Positions 1 through 12,660 of a stretch of DNA of 64,000 bases are shown here, piece after piece. The position numbers and the translations under genes were made by a program. The notes beneath the pieces are model-generated. The model did not search any database and was not told the DNA's origin. It was given only the letters and a program-made list of their open reading frames with translations. Numbering within the stretch: position 1 is the stretch's first letter; the number at the start of each line of letters is the position of its first letter. This DNA comes from Felis catus (Eukaryota), in assembly GCF_018350175.1 (NCBI RefSeq), contig NC_058368.1, forward strand, positions 228,968,001 through 229,032,000, given 5' to 3'.

Positions 1-188
1 TAGGCGTCCGACTTCAACTCAGGTCATGATCTCATGGTTCCTGGGCTCCAGCCCAGTGTCAGGCTCTGTACTAACAGCATGGAGTCTGCTTGAGATTCCC
101 TCTCTCTGTCTCTCTCTCTCTCTCTCTCTCCCTCTCTGCCCCCTCCCACTCATGATCTCTCTCTCAAAAATAAATAAAAGTTAAAAAT
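1..188 (+). mobile_element. Can-SINE, 5' end cut by window edge
   Basis: gcgtccgacttcaactcaggtcatgatctc body, (CT)n tract and aaaataaataaa tail. Confidence 0.95.
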
Positions 189-513
189 TTTTTGAAATGG
201 TCATATCTACTTAAAACTGTTTTTATATTGTCAAACAGCTTTTATTACAAAGTGTAAATATAAAGTTAGATAAAGTTAAAAATGGTACACTAACTTTGCT
301 GAATATGTTTGTGTGGCAATCTTTAGGGATAACCAGGAGAGTGAGTGATTTACACTGTACTTTAAGTCAGACTACCTTCCTGCTAATTGTAGTTCAGGCT
401 TGTGTTAATATTGTTGCAGGGATAGAAAAGGCTATGAAGGCGATGTGTGATTAAGACGGGTATTTTACAATATGTCCAAAGCATGTTATATGCAAAGTAT
501 GCTTTGGACATAC

Positions 514-633
514 TGTGTGTGTGTGTGCACATACATATATATATATGTGTGTGTGTGTGTGCACATACATATATATATGTATATGTATATATATATGTGT
601 GTATATATATATATGCACACACACACACACACA
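514..633. repeat. Compound (TG)n/(TA)n/(CA)n microsatellite
   Basis: Directly visible alternating purine-pyrimidine tract. Confidence 0.95.
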
Positions 634-3499
634 CGCCCATACACGTATCATAAATAATTCCTCCAAGTTGATGGGGACGGCCATGTAAATAAACATTTAC
701 AATACAATGGCATAGGTCATAAATGAGGCCATGCTTCGACAGTTCAAGAGGCCAAGAGACAAATGGATCCACAGCACGAAGAAAATCTTCGCCCTGGCAA
801 AATGTAGCCAAATGGATTTCAGATTCCTTATGGTTTTTCCGATAAAATCAATCAAGTTTTTCTCATGGGAAAAATATAATGGAGGGTTAGGATGAACAGG
901 GTTTCATCAATGACTCATTTTATTGTTACATCCTTCTTTCTTTAAAACACTAGCAAAAGTGAACTAAAATGTCTCCGCACATTTTTTGTTCTAAGTCCAT
1001 TGAAATTAGGAACTAAGCCTATTGTCCACTACATGTGTGCTGGTGCCCAGATAAAGACCAAAATTGTGGGTGGCGGGCAGCCTTGTGCCTGCCTTTCTGA
1101 GGTGACTAACCCCTAGCAACTCTTACCTCTTCCTGGGAAACATTTCTTGCTCAAAGACAAATGAATCAAAATAAGACGTTAATTCAATAAATATTCAACG
1201 CCTATTTTTAAATTGGCCAGCAATTCAATCCTTATTCTATTTCATAGTTAAAACTTTGGTCATATTATCTAATATTTAAACTATATTTATACAAACATTC
1301 AAACGACAGCATTAAATGTGGAAAGTATGTCATAGAATGAACTTTCTTTTAATATTAAAATTTCTAGAAAGAATTGCAATTGACAGTAATTACCTACATA
1401 TTTTAATTTTTCTATTCCACCCTTTAATTGCTCTTCTTATGCAATATCAGCCATGAATTTTCATTCACATAACTAAATGGAGCCATATTTCTTTATCAGC
1501 TCTCCCTTGGGCTTCTCTTACTGGCAACTGTGCATTTCTTTCCAGATTTGCAAAGCTACATCAGTATACTCTTTCGTCAGCGATGTGCCCTCTTATTTTT
1601 AAAAAGCAAGATCTTCATTAGAAGGATCACTGTGATGGCAGATACACATCAACACATTTGTTTAAAACCACAAGCAAACCACAAATCTCTGAAGAATTTT
1701 CTGAATCAAAATTGTGTTTCTAAAACCTAGTGGAGAGTTCAATCCAAATGCCTCTTTCTGGAAATTGTCAAGTGTATTAAAATAGCTTATTCATATTTGG
1801 AGGAAGGTGGGCAAACAGGAAAACAGAACAGAGCAGGAGAAAAAAATTCAGAAATCTGCTTGATTTTCACAAAAGCAGGATGAGAGTCAGGAAAGCACAA
1901 AAAGTCAACATAAATGAAGGTGGGTGGGGTCTCGTGGCACACGCATGTTCTTCTTCCACAGGCATTGAAGACACGCCTGGACTCAAATGACTTAGATGAA
2001 TGGTGACTGTACCAGTGCTCAGACCTTACTTCAGTATTTGTACTTCCCATCAATGAATATCTGATTAAATACCCTAATTTCTACCGAAGATTTGATATAC
2101 GAGCATCTGTCATTTCAGAGCTAAACTGAGTGCAAGTTTATCCAGTGACACATTTCCATTTGCTTTTGTGATAAGGTGCCACACGTTTATAAGTACATTT
2201 CCAAGTATCAGAGTGACATATGTTAGAGCCACCCCAAAGGAGTCTACCAAAAATCATCTACTTTCCAGTGACATTACCAACTTCTTTCTGCACTGGACAG
2301 TTCTATCCAGGATGTATGCTGCAATCATTTTAACACCTACCCTGAGCCTTGATAATGGCATATCCTCCGATTGTTGCCATCATATACCTGACCCCATAAA
2401 TTTATTAAAATTATCTCTCAGAATATGTGGCAACTCTGTTTTGGGGTCCACGTATCCTATGTGTTTTTTTTAATTAAGTTAATTTAATACTAATGCTATA
2501 AATGATGCCTAAATGCTGCATTTATTTTCTCAAACCTTTCTAAAAGGATTGTTACTATTTTTGGGGGGAGGGTTATTTAAGATTTCTTGGAAGATTTTCT
2601 TTTAATTTCTTTATTAGAATTTCATAGGCCGTCCTCATTCCTTCAGATATGGTAACACTAATGATATTAATTCTTAGCCCTATGTTTGTTTCCATTGTGG
2701 AAAGACTACATCTGTATTTCCCTTTATCATCTGTCCAGTCTGGCTTCCATAAACTCAGCCATCATTTAGGAAAAAAATGCGTCTTCCTTTATTTCATTCA
2801 TTTTCTTTCATTGACTCATTTTTATGTTTTTCTTTAGAATTGTTCCCATTTTTTTTCTGACTATAGGGCTACAACATTGTAAACACCAAGTTGATGCCTT
2901 TCCATTTCACTCAGTGAACTTGATTCTTAGTAAAAATACGTTCAGGTACAAACATTTTTCTTTTTCTTTCTTTCTTTTTTTTTTTGTAACTTTATTTATA
3001 ATCCCATTAACATTTTCCTCTCAACTGAATAGAAATGCAGGAAGATTTTTCAGGCTGGAAAAGTTCCAGGATTGCTGTAAAAATGGTATGTGGGGTTAAC
3101 AAGAGAGAAACGTCTGCAGGGGATTGATGGTTTTGAGACTAAATGTGTTCAGTGTACTCAAAGGTGGAGAACAATCTAATTGAAGCAGAGGTGTAAGTTT
3201 GCAAAAGTCATGATATAGTTGAAGTTCTAGTTTTCCTGAGAAACCTATCTAAAGTAAAAGATTCATCACAAATGAGCTGTAATATGCTTTCTAAAATGTT
3301 AGAGGAGGAATAAGATAATGAATGGAAATGGAGGCTTTCTTTTAGGTTTATTAGTTGGAAGGAAGGAAGTACTTACACAATAATTTAGATTTTTACCTGT
3401 GAAGGAGAGAGAGAGAAAGGCAAGGGCTACATATTGCTAGGATCAGAGAAGAAAGGCAGAGCATCACTATAGATTTTTCAGGTGTTAATAAGATAATAA

Positions 3500-6025
3500 A
3501 AATAACATGAATAACATTAGGGCAAAAAATTGGCAATGTAGATGAAATGAGTAGATTTCTTTAAAAACACACCACTTGTCAAAACTGAGACCAGAAGAAA
3601 TGAAAATTTTGAAAAGCTTTCTATGTACTAATGATATTCCATTCAAGATTAAATCTTTCTTTCAAAATACATTCTAGGCCCATAAAGATTTTCTGGTCAT
3701 GAAGAAACAGTTTTAAACTCCTTGGAAGCTTGATGTAGCTCAGCACCAAAACCATACGTATTTTAAGAATGAAAGACACAGATGAATATCCTTCATGAAT
3801 ATTGAAACAAACTATCTTAACAAGATATTAGCAAAGCAATTCCAAAAATATATAAAAAGGTTAGTACACTGTGACTACATGGATTTTACCAAAAAAATGT
3901 AAAATTGTTTTAACATTTGAAAATCAATGTATTTTACACTGAGCAGAATAAAGGAGAAAATCATACGATCTTCTCAACAGACGCAGAAAAGCATTTGATT
4001 GGATGTCAAATCACACATGGTATCACCTTCTGACACATTAGTAATATAAAGTTATTTCTTCAGTCTGATAAAAGACGTCTACAAGAATCCTACAGCTCAC
4101 GAACCACTTGTGAATTACAGGCACCAAGAACAGAGAAGAATATTCTCTGTCAACAATAGAATATTCCTTGTTGTACGGAAGATACTAGCTATTGAGTGAG
4201 GCAAAGAAACAATAGAGAATAAAGTACGCATATTTGAAAAGGAGACGTAAAATTTTCTTTCATACAGTCAGCATGACCACCTGTGTAGAAAATCCTAAGG
4301 AATCTTGCCCAAAACCCAACTAGAATTAACAAAATTAAAAAGCCAACCCCTGAAAATAATTCTATTTCTACACACTAGCAATTCCTAATTAGAATCTTAA
4401 TTAAAAACTTAACATTTTCAATAACCTCAAAACATAAAATGCTTAGAAATATGCTTCATAAAAATGTACAGATTGTATATATTAAAAAAACGTGAGGGCC
4501 CCTGGGTGGCTCTGATGGTTAAGCGATTGACTCTTGATTTCGACTCAGGTCATGATCTCACAGTTGTGACATGGAACCCTGCATGGGCTCCATGCTGACA
4601 GCCCAGAGCCTGCTTGGAATTCTCTCTTCCCTGTCTCTCTCTCTGCCTCTCCCTCTCTCTCTCTCTCCAAATAAATAAATAAGCTTTAAAAAGCAAAAAA
4701 AAAAAAAAACTTGTGGAGGGAAATTAAAGGATATTCAAGTAAATAGAGAGATATGTCATGATAATGTATGGGAAGGCTTATTATGTTAGTTTCCTCAAAC
4801 ATATAAAAATTAGTGAGATTCACTGGAGGAAGAATTTTTTTTCAACAAATTGATGAAAAAAATACTAAATTTTTGGTATAAAAATTGAACCTTGCCTTCT
4901 GACACAAATTATACACAAAAAGTAATTTACAATGAATTATAGAGCTAAAGTCAAAATGAAAACTGTAAGACTTTCAGGAAAAACAATGACTAAATCTTCA
5001 TAACTGTCATGTAGGCAAATTTTACACCAGAAAAAGGCACTAGAGCATGAGGAAGAAAACATAATAAATTGGACTTTGACAAATTAAATATTTCTGCTCT
5101 TTAAAAAACACCTATAAGAAAATGAAAATATAAACCAGAGACTGGGAAAAATACTATAAAACACATTTCTAACAAACGGCTTGTGTCCAGAGTGTATATT
5201 TTTTAGGTGGGCAAAAAGTTCAAACAAATATAAAAGAAGATAGGAATGACTAATATGGACATTAAATATGCTCAACATGTTCACTATCTTTAGTCACATA
5301 AAACTTAAAGCCACATAGAAATACCATTTTACATTGACTAAGTAGATAAAATTATCAAGTCTGATTCTGTCTCATGTTGATGGAGAATTCCTGCAACCGA
5401 AATTCACACACTTCTGGTGAAAATGTAAATGGTACAACCACTTTCGAAAAGGGTTGGCAGTTTCTTCCATAGTCAAGTATACATTTACCATATGACTCAG
5501 AAATTAATTCTATTTTTATCTATATTCAAGAAAAATCAAACCAGTAACCACACATCAAGCACACACACAACTGTTTATGGAACGTTAGAGCTTTTCCCCC
5601 CATATATTCCAGAACCCAAAACAGGTCAAATTTTTTATAGATGAAGAAAGTAAATATTGGTACACCTATACAATGAGATTTTACTCAGGAGTAAAACTGA
5701 GTGAGTTACAAATGCATAACAGCACATATTAGTCTTAAAAACATTTTGCTGAGGAAAATAAGGCAGTTTGAAAACAATACCTCCAGTATTGTTCCATGGA
5801 TATGAAGATTAATAATGGGCACAAATAATAAATGATCATAGAAATTAAATTATTGAGTATTTGGGGGGTGTGAATAGGAAAAAATGATTGCTGAGCTCAT
5901 GAGGGAACTCAGGTTGGTGACAGCAATGTTCTACATACTGATTGAGACAGGATTACATAGGTATATATATTTGTCAAAAATCTGTAAATTGTAAACTTAA
6001 AAGCATACATTTTATATTAAGTAAA
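3500..6025 (+). mobile_element. Ancient L1 (L1M-type) ORF2 remnant and 3' UTR, heavily decayed, interrupted by a SINE
   Basis: aatgtagatgaaatg (cf. NLDEMDKF), gacgcagaaaagcatttgat = DAEKAFD at about 3980, gaaaatcctaag = ENPK, aaatggtacaaccactttcgaaaa (ORF2 C-terminal region); A-rich sense strand. Confidence 0.85.
4494..4709 (+). mobile_element. Can-SINE inserted in old L1
   Basis: gggcccctgggtggctc head, (CT)n tract, poly(A). Confidence 0.95.
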
Positions 6026-6029
6026 TTAT

Positions 6030-6336
6030 ATCTCACTGACAAAATCAAATGTTGGCAGAGATGTGGAGTGACTAGACATGTTATACCTTGCTGTGGGGAA
6101 TACCAATTGGGGCAGACATATTGGAAAATGCTTCGGCTTGTGCACTGAGGTTACATACCCTCACACTCGATGATCCAGAAATTCTAATGCCTGTATGCAG
6201 AGGAAATGAGTACACATTTGTACAAAAGACAGCATCACAATAAATCAAAATCTCTAACTGGAAACAACCTTTAAAATAAATAAATAAATTATTGCAATGG
6301 GGTACTACACAAGAACGAAAATGAACAATTATTGCT

Positions 6337-6371
<35 letters not shown>

Positions 6372-6700
6372 TAAGTCTCTCAAACATAATGCTGACAGTA
6401 AAAAACAAAAGCTAGTATTAAAAAAATAGTATTATAAATACAGAAGAGTACAAAACAAAAATTAAACAAAACTAAATTAGGCCATTGGAAAGCATAATAG
6501 TGGTTCTCACGGGCAAAGTTGGAAGTAGTCACAGGGCTTCTTCAGATACTAAAGATGTCTATCTTTGATCTGTTATACAGATAAGTTCATTTCAAGGAAA
6601 CATATGAAATACACATATATGTGTGTATATATATATCTATATATATTTGTATTTTGCTATATGTGTATCTTCCTTTATGAGTGTTACGTTTGATTAAAAA
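6030..6700 (+). mobile_element. Second ancient L1 3'-end fragment
   Basis: aaatgttggcagagatgtggag, gatccagaaattcta and aactggaaacaacct repeat the ORF2 end/3' UTR motif order seen at 5350-5800. Confidence 0.65.
6339..6368. repeat. (AC)15 microsatellite
   Basis: Directly visible. Confidence 0.95.
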
Positions 6701-6811
6701 CACTTATTAAAAAATTGAGATATATTTCTAATTTGTTACTGTTTTCTAAGCTTAAACAATCAAAACTGATTCACATTGGTTGAACAAACCAGTAAAATTA
6801 CCACATTTTGA

Positions 6812-7012
6812 GGGGCACCTGAGTGGCTCAGTTGGTTAAGTGTCTGACTTCAGCTCAGGTCATGATCTCACAATTTGTGGGTTCTAGTTCGACGTCAGGC
6901 TCTGTGCTGACAGCTCAGAGCCTGCTTTGGATTCTGTGTCTCCATGTCCCTCCCCCATTCGTACTGTGTCTCTCACTCTCTCAAAAATAAAAATAAACAT
7001 AAAACTCTACAA
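6812..7012 (+). mobile_element. Can-SINE
   Basis: ggggcacctgagtggctcagttggttaag head; degenerate TSD aaaattaccacatttt / aaaattacttcatttt. Confidence 0.95.
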
Positions 7013-7323
7013 AAAATTACTTCATTTTATTGCCCTCTGTATCTATTAGTACAGATTGAATTTTTATCTTTCACTACCACAAAATCTAATCAGGTAAAAA
7101 TTACAACCAAACATAGCCCTACAGATAATAGGTCACTTAGATAGTTTTAGAACAAAGCTAAAACATCGCTTTCTTTCATTGCATGCTGTTATCTGCTTTT
7201 TCTAAATGATGAAGGAAGCAAAGTTCCTCCTGTAATCAGAAAAACAGCAACTAATAAGTTAGAGAATGCATCATTAAAATGTTTTTCCCGAACGCAATCT
7301 GATCTTAGAAAGTAAGTAAATTC

Positions 7324-7528
7324 GGAGCACGTGGGTGGCTCAGCTGGTTAAGCATCTGAGGTCATGATCTCACAACTCCTGAGCCTGAGCCCGAGCCCCG
7401 CATCGGGCTCTGTGCTTGACAGCTCAGAGCCTGGAGCTTGCTTCAGATTCTGTGTCTCCCTCTCTCTCTGGCCCTCTCCCACTCATGTTCTATACCTCTC
7501 TCTCAAAAATAAAAAAATATTAAAAAAA
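7324..7528 (+). mobile_element. Can-SINE
   Basis: SINE body and tail; TSD ttagaaagtaagtaaattc / ttagagagtaggtaaattc. Confidence 0.95.
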
Positions 7529-8031
7529 TTAGAGAGTAGGTAAATTCTAATAACTTAAGCTTAATTTTCTTTTCATCGATAAAATTGTAATTGTAATATT
7601 TTATTTATTTAATCTATTTTAAGTTATACAGTTGGTTTCCAATGATCAGAATTACAATGACCCTCGTATTTTGTACATTGGTATAGAGTGATGTCAGGTG
7701 AACCCTTTCACTGACTTATTCCTAATTGTTTTTTCCATTTGTTTACACTGTAGTTTTGAAATATAAACTTCGGCATATACCTTTATATGTTTAGAATTAT
7801 AGATATTTTAACATAAAAAATAAAAGACACCATTTCATACAAAAATATAAACTAAGTTATAAATTTTCTTTCTCATCTCCTCTTTGGATTTAAATGTAGA
7901 AGTGAGCTTCATTGAAGCATAATGCATTAGAATACATTGAATTCGATACTGATAAAATAAATACTTCCATATGAAATTTGGCTATATTTTATTTATTTAT
8001 TATTTATTTAATGTATTTTCTTAATTTTTGA

Positions 8032-8245
8032 CTTTTTTAAATGTTTTTATTTATTTTTGAGAGACAGAAAGAGACAGAGCATGAGTGGGGGAGGGGCAGA
8101 GAGAGAAAGAGACAAAATCCAAAGCAGGCTCCAGGCTCTGAATTGTCAGCACAGAGCCTGATGTGGGGCTCGGACCCCACTAACTGTGAGATCATGACCT
8201 AAGCTGAAGTCGGACACTTAACTGACTGAGCCACCCAGGCGCCCC
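8032..8245 (-). mobile_element. Can-SINE abutting the tail of the next SINE
   Basis: tttatttatttttgagaga ... gagccacccaggcgcccc. Confidence 0.95.
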
Positions 8246-8247
8246 AA

Positions 8248-8440
8248 GTTTATTTATTTTTGAGAGAGATAACGCAAGTGGGGGAGAGGCAGAAAGAAAA
8301 GGAGAGAGAGAATCCCAAGCAGGCTTCCACACCATCAGGACAGAGCCTGATGTGGGGCTTGGTCTTACAAACCATGAGATCATGACCTGAGCCAAAATCA
8401 AGATTCAGATGCTTAACCAACCGAGCCACCCAGGTACCTC
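8248..8440 (-). mobile_element. Can-SINE
   Basis: tttatttattttttgagaga ... gagccacccaggtacctc. Confidence 0.95.
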
Positions 8441-8643
8441 AATTTTACTATATTTTTTAAAAAACACCTGTGTATTCTGAAAAGTGTTGCTTCTGTAGGA
8501 TAATAAACTGACCACGCCTCTGATTACTTAAAAGTTTTGTTTTGAAATGAAAGACCTGGAGCATTTGCTTTGTGTATCATATTGATTTGAATTGCCACCA
8601 ATCAGAATCACAAGCACACATTCATAAACAAACCAAGGCAAAA

Positions 8644-8671
8644 AATAATAATAATAATAATAATAATAATA
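8644..8671. repeat. (AAT)n microsatellite
   Basis: Directly visible. Confidence 0.9.
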
Positions 8672-9094
8672 AAGGATGCAGTAATGGTCTTAAAGTCCAT
8701 GTATAATTAGCTAAGCTTGCAATTAACTGAGTGCTTTTTGTGGGGCTCAACATACAAAGTCCAATGGCAGAATTAACACCCTGTATGTTTCTGAGGCTCC
8801 TGAGTTCCTTTTTACTGTTTTGTTTGTGCCCCTGCACTCTTTGTAGAGCTCCCTGCTCCCTTCCTCCAGCTCTCACCTCCCTAATTAGTGAAGCTTATTT
8901 TCCACTCCTCTGTGCATGGCCAAATGTTTCCTAGGAATAAGACAGTATATGAGATTACCAGTGAAACATCTAAATAAAGCTCATTGCTAAAAACATATGA
9001 AATTATATTGTGGTTTTTAAACCATTAAACCAGAACTTGGAATGGATAAATTATCTTTGGTTTTGCATTAGACACAGAAAACCGCATAAAACTG

Positions 9095-9200
9095 AACAGA
9101 AATTTGTTAAATGGATACTATGTGCCAGGTACCAATTCTAAGTGCTAAGATTTAAGCAAAATACAAAATTTGTTGAAGATCATGTTGCTAGAGAGAGGTA
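9095..9200 (-). mobile_element. L2 3'-end fragment
   Basis: aaatttgttaaatggatactatgtgccaggtaccaattctaagtgct resembles the reverse complement of the L2 3' end. Confidence 0.55.
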
Positions 9201-9271
9201 AAGCCAAAGGCCCATGTCTACCCGACTTCAAATCCCGAACTCTTCTTTAAATGCCACAGTATTCAGTTTTA

Positions 9272-9552
9272 AATACGTGTATGCACACATGTTTATGATA
9301 TGTGCACTATATGTGTGTATATGCATACTATGTCTAAGTTTATATAATGTGTGTAATGCATACTACATATATAATAATGTATATGTATGTATATTTATAC
9401 ATGTATATATGATTATATATATATAGTATATATAGGTTGATAGATATAAATATATGTATTTGTGTGTATACATATATACAGTTTTAAAAATGTGTACATT
9501 TAAATATACATATTTAAAATATATATATTTAAAATTTATATATATACACACA
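9272..9552. repeat. Degenerate (TA/TG)n low-complexity tract
   Basis: Directly visible. Confidence 0.85.
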
Positions 9553-9574
9553 GATTTTTAAAATTTGCACTATG

Positions 9575-9710
9575 TCAGCTTGAGTGCCTCAATTGACTCT
9601 TCCATAAAATGGGAACAATATAATAGAACATAAATCAGAGAAATTTTAGAATAATTAACTCAAGAAGTGTGCTTAGAATGGTAAATTACACATAGAAATA
9701 TTTCAATACC
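9575..9710 (+). mobile_element. MIR fragment
   Basis: gcctcaattgactcttccataaaatgggaacaat ... gtgcttagaatggt ... cacatag, similar to the MIR core and 3' end. Confidence 0.5.
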
Positions 9711-12042
9711 TTTATCAAAAATGCGTATTTACAGGCTACTCTTTTTATTATTTAATTTATACTGATTTTTCTTGTCTTCTCTTGGCTCTGGTTTTTTTTT
9801 CTGAGTCCCATATAATCAGTTTACCACTCTATAAAAATTTAGGATGGTCACTTTCTTCTACCAAAGTTTAATAGTCTATGTGTTTATAAACTTGATTAAA
9901 GCTGATGCAAACCAATATTTATAGAGTGGCCAAATATTTTAACATCCAGTCCTGGAAGTCTTTGAGAAAGAAAGCAGGTGCTACCACTAACACAAGGGCA
10001 AGAAGCCTGAAGTGTGACTATTATGGGAAGATGGAGGCAGATGTTCATGATACCGTGTATCGATTGTGTTGCCAGAATGCTTTTGTGTCTAATCAATATG
10101 GTGTAATAAATGTATGCTGTATGTCATCCTGGAACATTACTTTTTACATTAGTATTGCCGATGAATGAGCTCTACTCATCTCTAAATTGAGAAGTTCTGT
10201 CTTGTATGACAGGTTCCATTTGTTTTTCTCTTCTGGCTTCAGTGAGAGATTAAGTAATTTAAACTCTGAAATTTTGGTGGGAAAAAATACACCCTCAGGT
10301 AGGGTCTAAGAATTCCAATTTGTACTCAGAGAAGGTTCACAAAAATTTTATTTGAAACAAATGGCCTGCCTTTCACAGTCTCTGATTTTACACTTTTACC
10401 ATTTCATGATAGCTCTTATGAAGATTGTATATGATTACTGTATGTTATAGTATAGGGTTGTAATTCCTCAAATTATTTTCAATATGGGTAGAATTTAAAT
10501 TATAAGTACAACTAAGTATTTAATTAATTTTCCATTATATAGTCTATCAATGTACCTTTTCAGTCAATCTTGTAGATAAATTGATACACATTCTGAATAA
10601 GATCAAAATTAACAGTGTTCACTGTTTTTACACATGTATCTATACTATCACTTGGTTATGTGATTTTAACAGGATACTAAAAGTGTAGAGTTGAGGGTGA
10701 TTGACAACAGTTATCATGACAATACCGTGACTTTTCAAGCTTTAACCGGGAAGGAGAACTGTCAAAAATGTCCTTCAAAGTACCAGGCAACTCCTCAGCT
10801 ACAGCTAATGGAATCTGTCACTAAAACAAGTTTAAAATTTTGGATATGCCTTTCCAGAATAAAGAACCTTAATATTAGATACTATATTAGTTAGACTGGA
10901 ATGATTCTGTGTTCCTATAACAATTTATTAAATTTTTCCCTTTAATTACTGCAGATTCATGATTTGAAAGAATGGGGCAGGGATGAATTTGCAAAAAAAT
11001 GATCAGTTATTGTAAGAGAGGCAGGGATTCTGAGTATGGGAAAGAGACTGGGAATATATTCAGATTCTAGGAACAAAAGAGATGAGTAAGTTTAGATGCA
11101 AGTATCTCATCCTTTTACTCTATTGTCCCACCTTAACCTTCCAGTAGTCCCTCTTACTTTTTCTAAAATGCACATTTTAGTTGTTTTAATAGAAGTGACT
11201 TTATTTAAGTTAAAACATGTTAACAGAGCTTTATTACCATGATATGCAGAGCACTTTCAAATGTTGGGCCATAGGTAATTTAGCAGAACACCTTAATAAG
11301 TTGGGATCAATACATTTAGATAAGGAGACTAATTTGGATAAATGATGGTAAGGAAAATTAATCTGTTGAAAAAAGTGAGAGCGATATTAGGGGCGAAGGC
11401 TGATGGATGCATGGAGCAAGAATGGAAAAGATGACATTAATTGAGGTCTTAACAGAGGCATGGGTAAGCAAAAACAAATAAACAAACAAAATCAATACTG
11501 TGAGTAAAATGTTTAACATTCCGCTTTAAGTTGTTGATTGTATAATGATATATCCTGAATTCTCTGTTGCTCCAAACCTTCAATAAGAGTTCATTGTATA
11601 AATAAGCAGTATATTCACAAAACAGTGTGGAAGGAAGTAAAACAGTAGAAGTATTTCTTAGTGTAGATAAAAATGGTGTGAAAAGATTGCAGATTCAATG
11701 AGGCCAATCACGTAGCAGAATTCCATGGTGTAGGAGTTTATAAGAAGGGTGTAACCCTTCTGAAGATTCTCCTAGATGATTAATTATTGGTAACTGAACT
11801 ATTATATTTGAATATTAAAGGCAATGATCCCCTCAAAGCAGACTTCTCCAGGCACCCAAAACTTAAGGCACACATATGCAATGGTGTATTTGTCTGTATT
11901 TGTTACTAGAAAAGCATATCTACCATACTCACTCCCCTATTAAATTGACTTTGAAACAGAGGACTTATCTGAGTTTTTAATACGATTATATGCCCAGAAC
12001 TGGTCTTAGGATAGGTCAAGGACAATGAATGATTGGTCCTCC

Positions 12043-12210
12043 ATGCTTAAAGTGTGCTTGCTCTACACAGAAGCTTCACTGGCATCAACTTAGAAACTGT
12101 AGAACATGGAGAACCTCCAGTCCTGAACCCAGACCACCGAATCATAACCTGAAATTTATCAAAGGTACCCAGCAGATTCAAATGCACATTGAAGTTCCAA
12201 AAGCACCACT
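12043..12210. mobile_element. MER5A/MER5A1-like hAT-Charlie DNA transposon relic
   Basis: cttaaagtgtg ... cccagaccaccgaatcataacctg ... gattcaaatgcacattgaagttccaaaagcaccact. Confidence 0.7.
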
Positions 12211-12214
12211 AATT

Positions 12215-12660
12215 GCAGTTGCCTACTATTTTGTAAAAAAATACTCCAAAGTTAATGGCTTAAAATTAAAAAAAAAAATTGTATCTTTGCTCATGTGTTT
12301 TTGAGTTGATTGGTCCTCCTGCTGGACTCTTTAGAATAGTCTATGCTGCTGCAGCCAGACGGTAGCTTACGCTGGAACATTCAAAGTGACCTCACTCATG
12401 AGGGTGTAGTGGGGATATCTGGAAGTCTGGGACCCCTTTCTCTCAATCCCTCTCTGTTCTTCCTTGTGGTATGTTGGATTTCTTTTCAAAATACTTAGAT
12501 CCCAAGAGCATTCCGAAGAAAAACAAGCTGCAGTGTAGACATGCTGCAATGCTTACCAAGCTTTTATTTATGTCATGTTTGATTATCTTCCGCTGACTAA
12601 GGCCAGTCACAAGACCAAAGTCAGAATCCATGTGGAAGGCAGAAATTCAAGGCTTTGAAT
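12215..12660 (-). mobile_element. Old MLT1-type MaLR LTR
   Basis: ccaaagttaatggcttaaaa, aaagtgacctcactcatg, ggccagtcacaagaccaaagtcagaatcc. Confidence 0.55.

Noticed and set aside
383..811. 142-aa ORF and overlapping ORFs
   Set aside because: Open only because they cross a stop-free dinucleotide repeat (CVCV, YIYI, HTHT).
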